Shown here one piece after another: positions 1 to 10,149 of a stretch of 25,429 bases of DNA. The DNA comes from Clostridiales bacterium. GTDB taxonomy: Bacteria > Bacillota > Clostridia > Oscillospirales > Oscillospiraceae. The DNA lies in assembly GCA_022768185.1 (NCBI GenBank), contig JALEMS010000015.1, forward strand, positions 1 to 25,429, written 5' to 3'. Both the position numbers and the translations under genes were made by a program. Numbering within the stretch: the stretch's first letter is position 1; each line of letters begins with the position of its first letter. The notes beneath the pieces are model-generated. The model was given only the letters and a program-made list of their open reading frames with translations. It did not search any database and was not told the origin of the DNA.

Positions 1-263
1 ACGTTGAGATTCTCCTCAACAACAACAGCGATGCCGGCCTGCGCATCGTTCTGCCCGACGACGTGACCATCATCAACGTCAACACCGAAGACATCAAGGG
101 CGTTGGCGCTGGCGAGATTGAGACCGCCGACAAGGACGAAACGGGTGACTACATCTACAACGCCAGATACTACACCGACGGCACCGGCTACACCGACACC
201 GACATCGACACCCTCGTTCTGGTGATCGACGTCAACGACAACGTGTGGCACGACGCCGACTGA
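1..263 (+). CDS. Hypothetical protein, C-terminal fragment; the gene starts upstream of the window. The tail is Asp/Thr-rich (…DTDIDTLVLVIDVNDNVWHDAD).
   Basis: The frame-3 ORF is open from the window edge to TGA at 261-263. An intrinsic terminator follows directly. Confidence 0.45.
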   Translation, partial: VEILLNNNSDAGLRIVLPDDVTIINVNTEDIKGVGAGEIETADKDETGDYIYNARYYTDGTGYTDTDIDTLVLVIDVNDNVWHDAD

Positions 264-303
264 TCCCCTCACGTAGCACACCTCAGCATCCCATAGCACC
301 CCG

Positions 304-334
304 CAGCCCCCGGATTCGTCCGGGGGCTGTTTTC
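304..334 (+). terminator. Rho-independent terminator
   Basis: 10-bp GC stem cagcccccgg/ccgggggctg with a 6-nt loop, followed by TTTTC. Confidence 0.7.
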
Positions 335-414
335 ATCGCTTCTCCCCCGCCGCTGCTTCCCCGGCCGCTTCGCAGCAGGCCGGCAAGGCGCACGCCTGGC
401 TGCCGTGCTGTCAG

Positions 415-454
415 ATAAAAAATGCGCCCGGAGCCGGGACAGCCCGGCTCCGGG
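415..454 (-). terminator. Rho-independent terminator of the liv operon, read on the minus strand
   Basis: 12-bp stem cccggagccggg/cccggctccggg with an A-tract on the plus strand, which is a U-tract on the minus strand. It sits immediately downstream of the livF stop. Confidence 0.65.
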
Positions 455-484
455 TGCATGTGTTTGCGTGTCTTTGCGGTTCGA

Positions 485-1195
485 TCAGCCGCCGAGGTAA
501 GCCTTCTTGATCTCCGGAGAGGCCAGCAGCTCCTTTCCGGTGCCGGAGACGGTGATCTTGCCGGTCTCCAGGACGTAGGCGCGGTCTGCGATGGACAGCG
601 CCGCCTGCGCGTTCTGCTCCACCAGCAGGATGGTGGAGCCGGCCTTGTGCAGATTGCGGATGATGTCAAAGATCTGCTCGACGAGGATCGGGGCCAGGCC
701 CATGGACGGCTCGTCCAGCATCAGCAGCTTGGGATGGCTCATGAGCGCGCGGCCCATGGCCAGCATCTGCTGCTCGCCGCCGGAGAGCGTGCCGCTGACC
801 TGGCGGCGGCGCTCCCGCAGGCGCGGGAACAGCTCGTACACCATTTCCAGATCCTTCGGAATGCCCGCGTTGCTCTGCGTGAAGGCGCCCATCTCCAGAT
901 TCTCCTGCACGGTCATCTGCAGGAAAACACGCCGCCCCTCCGGGACAAGAGCCAGTCCCTTGGCCACGATCTTGTGCGGCGGCACCCTGGCCAGGTTTTC
1001 GTCCATAAAGGTGATGCTGCCGGTGGTGCTGCGCAGCAGGCCGGAGATGGTGTTGAGGGTGGTGGACTTGCCGGCGCCGTTTGCGCCGATGAGCGTGACG
1101 ATCTCGCCCTCGTTGACGGAGAAGGAAATGCCCTTGATGGCATGGATGCTGCCGTAATAAACGTTGATGTCTTCAACCTTGAGAATGGTCGACAT
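485..1195 (-). CDS. livF: Branched-chain amino acid ABC transporter ATP-binding protein, LivF type
   Basis: Walker A GANGAGKST, ABC signature LSGGEQQ, Walker B LLLDEP. RBS AAGGAGG lies 5 nt upstream and overlaps the livG stop. Confidence 0.9.
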   Translation of the reverse strand: MSTILKVEDINVYYGSIHAIKGISFSVNEGEIVTLIGANGAGKSTTLNTISGLLRSTTGSITFMDENLARVPPHKIVAKGLALVPEGRRVFLQMTVQENLEMGAFTQSNAGIPKDLEMVYELFPRLRERRRQVSGTLSGGEQQMLAMGRALMSHPKLLMLDEPSMGLAPILVEQIFDIIRNLHKAGSTILLVEQNAQAALSIADRAYVLETGKITVSGTGKELLASPEIKKAYLGG

Positions 1196-1198
1196 GCG

Positions 1199-2012
<814 letters not shown>

Positions 2013-2020
<8 letters not shown>

Positions 2021-3134
2021 TGGCCGTTTCCTCCTTTTCCCGAGCCTTGCCGCCGAAGATCGACTTGATCTTCCGGCCGCACTTGCCGAGCTTGTCCCTG
2101 AACGTGGCGTTGTTGGTGGCAAGCATCACAAGGATGAGCACAATGGCATACACCAGCATACGGTAATCCGAAAACTGGCGCAGCGCCTCGGGCAGAATGG
2201 TGAGCGCGGCGGCGGCGATGATGCCGCCCAGCAGGTTGCCCTGACCGCCGAGCACCACGAAGACCAGAATGAGAATGGACGTGTTGAAATCGAACTTGTT
2301 GGCGACGATGGTGGAATAATTCATGGCAAAGAGCGTGCCGGCTGCCCCCGCGATGGCTGCGGAGAGCGTGAAGGCCGTCATTTTATAACGGAAGACGGGG
2401 ATCCCGACGCTCTCGGCGGCAATGCGGTTGTCCCGGATGGCCATGACCGCGCGGCCCTGCCTGCTGTTGATGAAGTGGAACACCAGAAACAGCGCCACGA
2501 GGATCAAAATCAGGCCGGCCAGAAAGGTCGATATCTTTTGGATGCCGCCGATGCCCATCGGGCCGCCGATGATGAGCTTGCCGTCCGGCTCGAGGTTCGT
2601 CTTGTCGCTGAGCAGGCTGAAATGGAAGCCGCGGGAGTCGAGCCCAACGAAGAGGTTATTGAAGATGCTCTTGATGATCTCACCGAAGGCGAGCGTGACA
2701 ATGGCCAGATAGTCGCCCTTCAGGCGGAGCACCGGGATGCCGATGAGGAAGCCGAAGATCGCGCCGAAGATCGCGCCGACCAGCAGCGCGATGAACAGGC
2801 GCAGCCCGGCCTGCGGGATGAGGTTCTGCAGGGAAATGGCGGCAGCCGTACCGGTGAAGGCGCCGACGCTCATGAAGCCGGCGTGGCCGAGCGACAGCTC
2901 GCCCATAATACCGACGGTGAGATTGAGACTGATGGCCATGACGACATAGGCGCAGATGGGGACGAGCATGCCGCGCATCATGGAGGACAGGCCGCCGGTG
3001 GCGTTGAGCGCCATGAGGATTGCGCCGACAACGATGACAAAGCCATACGTGATCGCGTTTTTGCGTCCGAAGCTGTTCATGTGACGGAGCTTGTCTGTCT
3101 CGGACGCGCCGAGCTTGCCAAGTTTCATATTCAT
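2013..3134 (-). CDS. livM: Branched-chain amino acid ABC transporter permease, LivM type
   Basis: Polytopic membrane protein with the LivM-like signature. AAGGAGG lies 6 nt upstream of ATG 3134. An 8-nt overlap with the livG start suggests translational coupling. Confidence 0.85.
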
Positions 3135-3147
3135 GCCGCTTGCCTCC

Positions 3148-4053
3148 TTAGACCTTTTCGCGGATCTGCTTGCCGAGCAGGCCGGCAGGCTTCACCAGCA
3201 GAACGATGATGAGAATTGCAAAGACGACCGCATCGGACATCTGCGTGGAGATGTATGCCTTTGCGAAGATCTCGACCACGCCCAGCAGCAGGCCGCCGAG
3301 GAACGCACCGGGGATCGAGCCGATGCCGCCGAAGACTGCCGCCGTAAATGCCTTGATGCCGGGCATGGAGCCGGTGGTGGGCATCAGCATGGGGTAGGCG
3401 CTGCACAGCAGCACGCCCGCGATGGCCGCAAGGGCCGAGCCGATGGCGAAGGTGGTGGAGATGGTGGCGTTGACGTTGATGCCCATCAGCTGGGCCGCAC
3501 CCTTGTCCTCGGAGCAGGCGCGCATGGCCTTGCCGGTTTTGGTCTTGCTGGTGAAGAGCATGAGCGCCAGCATGATGACCAGGCAGCAGACGATGGTGAT
3601 GACCGTGACGTAGGCCACCTTCAGCTGGCCGCCGAACAGCTCGAAGCCGTTCTTGACGGTGCCGTCGGCCCGGGTGACGGTGAAGAAGTTCGGAAAGACC
3701 TTCGGGTTGGACGAGAAAAGCAGCAGCGCCGCATTCTGCAGGAAATAGCTCATGCCGATGGCGGTGATGAGCACGGCCAGAGAGGGCGCGGCACGCAGCG
3801 GCTTGTAGGCCAGCCGCTCGATGACGATACCGAGCACCGTACAGACGATGACTGCCAGCAGCACGCCGACCGGCCAGGGCAGCTCGAAGCTGAACACCGC
3901 GTAAAAGCAGATGTAGCCACCGACCATGATGACGTCGCCGTGCGCAAAGTTCAGCATTTTTGCAATGCCGTAGACCATGGTATAGCCCAGAGCAATGATC
4001 GCATACACGCTCCCGAGGCTGATGCCATTGATGATATAACCGAGCAGGGCCAT
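3148..4053 (-). CDS. livH: Branched-chain amino acid ABC transporter permease, LivH type
   Basis: MALLGYIINGISLGSVYAIIALGYTMVYG is a typical LivH N-terminus. GAGGTG lies 6 nt upstream of ATG 4053. The track start at 4062 is a GTG without an RBS. Confidence 0.85.
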   Translation of the reverse strand: MALLGYIINGISLGSVYAIIALGYTMVYGIAKMLNFAHGDVIMVGGYICFYAVFSFELPWPVGVLLAVIVCTVLGIVIERLAYKPLRAAPSLAVLITAIGMSYFLQNAALLLFSSNPKVFPNFFTVTRADGTVKNGFELFGGQLKVAYVTVITIVCCLVIMLALMLFTSKTKTGKAMRACSEDKGAAQLMGINVNATISTTFAIGSALAAIAGVLLCSAYPMLMPTTGSMPGIKAFTAAVFGGIGSIPGAFLGGLLLGVVEIFAKAYISTQMSDAVVFAILIIVLLVKPAGLLGKQIREKV

Positions 4054-4249
4054 ATGATACACCTCGCTGTTGATTGCTTATTTTGCAGGGGATGTCCATA
4101 AATCCGCCAAAAGCGCATTTGAAAAACACCTTCGATCCACAGTGTTTTTCAAATACGCATTCGGCTTCGGAGCGGCCCGGAGCGGGAAGGTCCCGCCCCG
4201 GGCGCAGGATATAATTGTTTAAATGGTATACTTCCGGATGCAGCGCAGA

Positions 4250-5437
4250 TCAGTCGAGGCCGACGTAAGCGCCGTTCTCGATGACCATGCCCTTGGGGCT
4301 CTTGGAGACTTCGCCGGTGGCGTTCCAGGTGACACCGGTGCCGGTGAGGCCGTCGAAGGTCATGGTGGTGAACTGCTCGATGAGGGCGGCGCAGATATCC
4401 TCGTTGCTCATGTCGGCGGTAAGGCCGGCATTCTGGATGGCCTGGTAGATGGCGTAGATGCAGTCATAGCCGTCGGCTGCAAACTGGTTGGGAATCTCGC
4501 CGAACTGCTCCTGATACTTGGCGACGAAGGCGGCGGTACGCTCGTCCTCAGCGTCGGCGTTGAACGGGGTCAGCAGCATGACGCCCTCAGCCAGAGCGGT
4601 ATCGAAGCCCTTCATGGTGAGGATGCCGTCCATGCCGTCGACGCCGAACCACTTGGGTGCGTAGCCGGCGGTGCTGGCCTGGGCAAAAATCAGGGAAGCG
4701 GGCTGATAGTAGATGGGCAGGAAGACCAGCTCTGCGCCGTTGGACTGGGCGTCGGAGATCTGGACGGAGAAGTCGGTGTCGTTGCCGTCGGCAAAGGTGG
4801 TGTCGGAGACGACCTCGATGCCCAGCTCGGCGGCCTTTTCACAGAACTTGTCATGAATGCCCTTGGAGTAGACGTCGTCGTTCTTCCAGATCACGGCGAC
4901 CTTGGTGGCCAGACCCTTGTCCGCGATATACTGTGCGGAGGCGGAGCCCTGGTTGGGGTCGGTGAAGCACATCTGGAAGACGTTGTCCTTGTTGGCAACA
5001 ACGGCCGGGGAGGAGGCGGACGGAGTCAGCGCGAAGATGCGGTCGGCATAGTTCTCGACGGAGGTCGCCTCACAGGGCTTCGTGGTGACGGAGCCGAGGG
5101 AGATCTGCATGCCCCAGTCCTTCAGCGTGTTGTAGGCGTTGACGGCCTTCTCGGCGTCATGCACGTCGTCTTCATAACGCAGCTCGAACTGGATGTCGCC
5201 GCCCAGCGCGTTGATCTCGTCAACGGCAATCTGCGCGCCGTTCTTGGCCGCGTTGCCGTAGATGGCAGCGCCGCCGGTCAGCGGGCCGGTACCGCCGATC
5301 TTGAAGGCGGTGGCAGAGGCTTCCGGAGCGTCGGACGGCTCGGTCGGCTCAGTCGGCTCGGTCGGCTGCGTGGTGCCGCAGGCGGCAAGGCTCAGGACCA
5401 TCATGAGTGCGAGGATCAGAGCAACAATTCTTTTCAT
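4250..5437 (-). CDS. ABC transporter substrate-binding lipoprotein, branched-chain amino acid family (LivJ/LivK-like). It has a lipobox LSLAAC and a PTEPTEPTEP linker.
   Basis: Signal peptide plus Cys lipobox, and a periplasmic-binding-protein type I fold signature. The RBS AGGAGAG sits ahead of ATG 5437. It heads the livHMGF cluster. Confidence 0.85.
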   Translation of the reverse strand: MKRIVALILALMMVLSLAACGTTQPTEPTEPTEPSDAPEASATAFKIGGTGPLTGGAAIYGNAAKNGAQIAVDEINALGGDIQFELRYEDDVHDAEKAVNAYNTLKDWGMQISLGSVTTKPCEATSVENYADRIFALTPSASSPAVVANKDNVFQMCFTDPNQGSASAQYIADKGLATKVAVIWKNDDVYSKGIHDKFCEKAAELGIEVVSDTTFADGNDTDFSVQISDAQSNGAELVFLPIYYQPASLIFAQASTAGYAPKWFGVDGMDGILTMKGFDTALAEGVMLLTPFNADAEDERTAAFVAKYQEQFGEIPNQFAADGYDCIYAIYQAIQNAGLTADMSNEDICAALIEQFTTMTFDGLTGTGVTWNATGEVSKSPKGMVIENGAYVGLD

Positions 5438-5555
5438 TTTAGTCTCTCCTTCTGTACATTTTTGCGAATGGTTTTTGGGGTCTCCGGGGGATTTCCCATC
5501 CTGTGCGCCGCCCGGCCGCAGATGGGCCGTGCGCAGGACGGTTATACAAAAAGCG

Positions 5556-5592
5556 GCTCTGCCAAAGAGCAGGCCGCTTTACTGTATCGCAG
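5556..5592 (-). terminator. Intrinsic terminator after the small membrane-protein gene, minus strand
   Basis: On the minus strand, aaagcggcctgctctttggcagagccgcttttt gives an imperfect stem followed by TTTTT. Confidence 0.5.
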
Positions 5593-5604
5593 TAAAATCG
5601 GTGT

Positions 5605-5900
5605 TCAGCTCTCTGGCTGCTGCCTGCCGCCTGCAAGGAAACGGCCCGGCAGCATAATAAGGCCCAGCACAATCACCAGAGCCAGCTGCACAAATACCGG
5701 AACCAGAGCAGCGCAAGCGACGCGCAGGCCCGCTACAAGCAGGGCGAGCGCGGCGAAAACAAAAAAAACAGACGCCGCAGTACGGGCGTCCGGAAGGGTG
5801 GCAGCGGTGCAGGGGGCAGTGCTGCCGGCGCAGGTGAAAGAAGCCTCTGCCATTTTGTTGACAGACGCCGTACCGGTTGCGTGCTTCGTATACATCGTCA
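5605..5900 (-). CDS. Hypothetical small membrane protein, about 98 aa, with two predicted TM helices in the C-terminal half
   Basis: AAAGGAG lies 9 nt upstream of ATG 5900 (MTMYTKH…). It has its own consensus promoter and its own terminator. The hydrophobic stretches are FFVFAALALLVAGL and ALVPVFVQLALVIVLGLIML. Confidence 0.5.
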
Positions 5901-5947
5901 TGGCGAGCAGCTCCTTTCTGCAGTACCCCTGCAAAAATATTGTCACA

Positions 5948-5976
5948 AGTATACCCTGTTGCTTTTTAAATTGCAA
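5948..5976 (-). promoter_or_regulatory. Sigma-A-type promoter for the small membrane-protein gene
   Basis: The minus strand reads TTGCAA, a 17-nt spacer, then TATACT. It sits in an AT-rich island within a GC-rich region. The -35 lies inside a short inverted repeat, tgttgc…gcaaca. Confidence 0.55.
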
Positions 5977-6101
5977 CACCAAATTGCCGGATTTTTTACA
6001 TAAATATTGCTTTCGGCCGTGCTTTCGCTTAGATTATCTGCACAATCGCGTCATTTTTCCGCATACGGCACAGCTTTCTCCGACCGGGCAGGCCCGGAAG
6101 C

Positions 6102-6136
6102 GCGAGTCTGCCGCACGGAGAAGCCGTGCGGCAGAC
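6102..6136. repeat. Perfect 15-bp inverted repeat (stem-loop) downstream of the lectin-domain gene
   Basis: gagtctgccgcacgg / agaag / ccgtgcggcagactc. There is no adjacent U-tract on either strand. Confidence 0.6.
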
Positions 6137-6170
6137 TCAATGGCAGACCGTGGGGGGCTATGCTTCCCCG

Positions 6171-7806
6171 TCAGCGGTCCTCATATTCGCAGATGAAGCC
6201 GATCTTTCCGCTGTATGCCGTGGGATAATCGGCCACCGGGTCGTTTCGGCTGTCGTTATAGATCCAGCTGCCCTTGCGCTTCCAGAGCATCAGGTAATCC
6301 TCGGCCGTACCGTCGGAGTCGTAGGCCGAGGGCTGGCCCTTGCCCCAGCGGAAGAAGCTGATCTGCTCACCGGTCACCCAGCTCCAGTTGCCCATCAGGT
6401 CGCGATAGGCGCCGGCCCAGACGAGGCCGATGCCCTTCGAATCGGCCAGCTTCGTCACCTCGGCCAGCTCCGTCTCGTCCGAGATGGTCACCAGGTGCCC
6501 GCCCATCTGCTCGCACAGCGCCTTGGCCATGCTCCAGGAGCAGTCCCGGATCACCAGCTCATAGCGCGGGTTTTCCGTCTGCGTCGGCTGGGGAGGATCG
6601 GGCTGGGGGTCGTCCGGCTTTGACGGCGTGGTCGGCTGCGTCGGCGTGGTCGGCTGCGTCGGCTGCGTCGGCTGCGTCGGCGTGGTCACGTTCGTGGGAT
6701 TGTTTTCCGCATCCGGCCCGGACGGATCGTCCGGCTCAGTCGGATCGCCGGGGCTTTCCGGGTCGTCCGGCTCAGCGGGATCGCCGGGGTTTTCCGGGTC
6801 GTCCGGCTCGGCGGGATCGTCCGGCTCGGACGGCTGGTTTTCGTCCGGTGTGTTGGGAACGGAGACGTCAATGGGCGTACCCGGCTGGTTTTCGCCCGGC
6901 TGATTTGCCGGCTTATGGAACGAGCGCAGCAGCAGCGCCGCCAATATGATGGCCACGCACGCAACGCCCGCAACGATGTACGGCATCACACGGCGGCGCT
7001 GGGCCGACGCGTCCTGCGCAGCAGGCGGCACGTCGTGCGGCCGTGCGGCAGACGGCTTCTCTGCTTCCGGCGCAGGAGCCGGAACCGGCTCGGCAGCCTC
7101 TGCGGGCGCATCGTGCTCCTGCGGGGCAGCCGGCATTTCCTCCGGCGCTGCCGTCCCGGCAGTCTCCGTCTCGGGCGCAGCCGGCTCCGCTTCCGGAGTC
7201 TCCGGCTCGTCCGGCAGCTCCATCACAAGGCCGGCGGGCACAGGCACGGGCGTTTCACACGCTTCGGCGCACGCATTGAGCGCATGCAGCAGCTCTGCCG
7301 GCGTTTTCCATCGGCCATCCGGCGCAAAGGAAAGCGCCTTCATCACCGTCTGGCGCAGCGCGGGGCTGCCGTGCTCCGGCTCGGGCAGCGGCTGACCGCT
7401 CATACGCAGCTTGAAGGCCTTCGCCCGCTCGGCGGCGGACATCGTCTCCGACGCGGCAAAGGGCATTCGTCCGTTGTTGAGCGCGGCATACAGCATCAGG
7501 CCGACAGCGTACAGATCCGCCTGCACCGTACCCGAGCCGCTCCAGAACAGCTCCGGGGCCAGATACTCCAGTTCCTCGGACGACCACTTGCGGTCTGCCG
7601 CGACAGAGCCGCCCCCGCCGAGACCGACCTCGCCCTCCGGCGTAAAGCTGACGTTTCCGGCCTGCACGCCGCCGACGCATCTGCCGGCCCGGTCGTGCAG
7701 CGCAAGACACAGGCCGCGGCCAAGCGCAATGATCTCGCCCTCCGTCAGCCCGGCCAGGCGACCGGTCAGCAGGTATTCCTGATTCAGGTGAAATTGTTCA
7801 GACATA
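6171..7806 (-). CDS. Membrane protein with three parts. The N-terminus is a cytoplasmic degenerate protein-kinase C-lobe (pseudokinase-like). A single TM helix follows. The extracellular part has Pro/Thr/Asp-rich tandem-repeat linkers and a C-terminal C-type lectin-like domain.
   Basis: Kinase subdomain VIII/IX signature: LAPELF…DLYAVGLMLYAALNNGRMPF. The Gly-rich loop, VAIK, catalytic Asp and DFG are all absent. TM helix: VMPYIVAGVACVAIILAALLL. C-type lectin-like pattern: C…WAGAYRD…WSWVTGE…EDYLMLW…WIYND…FICEYE. AAGGAG lies 7 nt upstream of ATG 7806. The in-frame upstream ATG at 7847 has no RBS. Confidence 0.75.
6625..6687. repeat. 9-nt tandem repeat, 7 copies (ggctgcgtc / ggcgtggtc), inside the CDS. 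It encodes a (T)TPTQP linker.
   Basis: Direct inspection of the sequence. Confidence 0.8.
6726..6835. repeat. 36-nt tandem repeat, 3 copies, inside the CDS. It encodes PAEPDDPENPGD-type units.
   Basis: Direct inspection. The unit gtccggctcagyggatcgccggggytttccgggtc is repeated. Confidence 0.75.
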
Positions 7807-8022
7807 TTCGACTCCTTGCGAACATCCGCACAGTGCTTTTCTTCCATCGGCAGTTGCCTATTCTGAAATTATAGCGCAAGCCGCACAAAAAGGAAAGAGT
7901 GCATCACAAAATATTTACAACTGGTTTTTTCCCGGAGATTTGGGGAGACAAGCGCGGAAATCTGTGCTATCATGACGGCATAAGCCCGCCGCGCCGTGCG
8001 CCGCGGCACGACGGAGGAAGCC

Positions 8023-8646
8023 ATGGTCACGCTGTATTACACCGATATCCGCGCGCTTGCGCCCGTGTACGACGCGGCGCTGGCACGCATCACGCCCGGA
8101 CGAAAGCGGCGCATCGCCGCGCTGCGCCGGCCGGACGACCGGCTGCGCAGCCTCGGCGTGGGGCTGCTGCTGCGCGCGGTGCTGGACGTGCGGGATGACG
8201 CGCAGCTCGTCTACGGCGCGCACGGCAAGCCGCTGCTGCCCGGCGGTCCGCAGCTGAGTCTGGCACACGGCGGGGATCTGGCCCTGCTGGCCGTCAGTCC
8301 GCTGCCGGTGGGCACGGACGTGCAGCGCATCGTGCCGGTGCGTCCGGCGCTGGCCGCATACGTCTGTACGCCGGAGGAGCTGCGCTGGCTGCAGGCCGGG
8401 GACGAACCGGAGCGCCGCTTTGCCGTGCTGTGGACGCGCAAGGAAAGCGTGATGAAAGCCACCGGGCTGGGTCTGGCGCTGGGGCCGCGGCGGCTGTGCG
8501 TGCTGCCGGAGGCCGGACCGTGCCCTGCCGGGGGCGCGCTGTGGCAGGCCGAGCACCGCGAGCTGGACGGGCACATGCTGGCCGCCGCCGGGCCGGAGCC
8601 GCCGGCGCTGACGCTGCGCCGGCTCGATGCGGCGCAACTGCTGTAG
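8023..8646 (+). CDS. 4'-phosphopantetheinyl transferase, Sfp/EntD type
   Basis: The motifs GAHGKP, SLAHGGD, PVGTDVQRI and WTRKESVMKATGLG match PPTase motifs. GGAGGA lies 5 nt upstream of ATG 8023. No carrier-protein, NRPS or PKS gene is in the window. Confidence 0.75.
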   Translation: MVTLYYTDIRALAPVYDAALARITPGRKRRIAALRRPDDRLRSLGVGLLLRAVLDVRDDAQLVYGAHGKPLLPGGPQLSLAHGGDLALLAVSPLPVGTDVQRIVPVRPALAAYVCTPEELRWLQAGDEPERRFAVLWTRKESVMKATGLGLALGPRRLCVLPEAGPCPAGGALWQAEHRELDGHMLAAAGPEPPALTLRRLDAAQLL

Positions 8647-8717
8647 AGTCAGACGGAAATCTTTTCCGTTTTGTTTCACAAGCTCCGCCATTTTTACCGT
8701 TATGGGAGGATTTACCA

Positions 8718-10036
8718 TGGATCAGACCGCACTGCAGGACGCACAGGCCCTGCTTTCCTTCATTGCGCACAGCCCCACCGCCTATCAGGCCGTGGATACG
8801 ATGGCCGCTCTGCTCGATCAGGCGGGCTTTGTCCGCCTGCAGGAGCACGAGCGCTGGACGCTGCGGCCCGGACAGTGCTGCTATCTCATCCGAAACGGCT
8901 CGGCCCTCGTGGCCTTCCGCATTCCCGCGGCAGGGGCCGATCGCTTCATGGCCGCCGCCGTGCATACCGACTCCCCCGCCTTCAAGCTGAAGGCCGACGG
9001 CGAGCTGGACGCCTTCGGAAAATACGTGCGTCTGAACACCGAGCGCTACGGAGGGATGATCCTCTCGACGTGGCTTGACCGGCCGCTGTCCGTGGCGGGC
9101 CGCGTCATCGTGCAGGACGGCGCGCGCTTTGTCCCGCGCTCCGTTACGGTCGACCGTGATCTCGTCCTCATCCCCAACACCTGCATCCATTTCAACCGCG
9201 AGCTCAACGACGGATACCGCTACAATCCTGCGTCCGACCTGCTGCCGCTGTACGCCATGACCGGCGGGCAGCCGCTGCGCAGCGTCCTGGCCGAGGCCGC
9301 CGGCTGCGCGCCGGAGCAGCTGGCCGGAGGGGATCTTTTCCTTTATCATCGCACCCCCGGCACGGTCTGGGGCGCAGAGCGCGAGTTCTTCTCCGCACCG
9401 CGCATCGACAATCTGATGTGCGCCTACGGCGCGCTGCGCGGCCTGCTCGAGGCAGGACCGGACGGAACGGCCGTGCAGGTGCTCGCGGCGCTGGACAACG
9501 AGGAGACCGGCAGCCAGTCCCGTCAGGGAGCCGGGTGTCTGCTGGTTCGCGACGTGCTCGAACGCATCGCCGGGGCGCTGGGGCACGATCTCATGCAAAT
9601 GCTGGCCGGCTCCATGCTGCTGTCGGCTGACAACGCCCACGCAAGACATCCCAACCGCCCCGAGCTGAGCGACAGCGGTACAAACGCGCCGCACATGAAT
9701 GCCGGCGTCGTCATCAAGCACAATGCCGCACAGCACTACACGACCGACGCCGTCTCCGCCGCGCTTTTTTCCGAGATCTGCCGCAGTGCCGGCGTGCCCG
9801 TGCAGCACTTCTCCAACCGCAGCGACCTGGCCGGCGGCTCCACGCTCGGCGGCATCCTCAACCGCAGCGTGCCGCTGTGCTCGGTGGACGTCGGCATGGC
9901 GCAGCTTGCCATGCACTCAAGCTATGAAACAGCCGGCTGCGCAGACGTGACGTACATCGTCCGGGCCTGCCGCGCCTTCTTCCGCAGCGCGCTCACCTGC
10001 CGGGACGGCGGCTTCGAGCTGCATACCGGGCGCTGA
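8718..10036 (+). CDS. M18-family aminopeptidase (aspartyl aminopeptidase-like zinc metallopeptidase)
   Basis: N-terminus MDQTALQDAQALLSFIAHSPTAYQAV, plus HTDSP, NEE(T)GS and HSSYE metal-ligand regions. GGGAGG lies upstream of ATG 8718. Confidence 0.8.
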
Positions 10037-10060
10037 GCCGCCGCGATCCTACCATATAAA

Positions 10061-10110
10061 ACAGGTCAGTCCGCAGCCCCCCGTCCGGGGGCTGCGGACT
10101 TGCGCTTTGT
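10061..10110. terminator. Bidirectional intrinsic terminator between the convergent M18 and DUF1836 genes
   Basis: 13-bp stem agtccgcagcccc/ggggctgcggact with an A-rich 5' flank and a T-rich 3' flank. Confidence 0.65.
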
Positions 10111-10149
10111 CCCTTTTGCAAAGCCGGCGCATCCGTCCGGTTCAGACGC

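Noticed and set aside
6625-6835. CRISPR-like array
   Set aside because: The repeats are 9-nt and 36-nt in-frame tandem units inside a CDS, encoding PT/PEPDD linkers. There are no spacers and no cas genes.
7807-7847. Longer N-terminus (MEEKHCADVRKESN…) for the lectin-domain protein
   Set aside because: The upstream ATG at 7847 has no Shine-Dalgarno sequence. ATG 7806 is preceded by AAGGAG at optimal spacing.
8294-9916. 540-aa minus-strand ORF
   Set aside because: It is antisense to the M18 aminopeptidase gene. The translation is Ala/Arg/Gly-rich with no motifs. It is a GC artefact.
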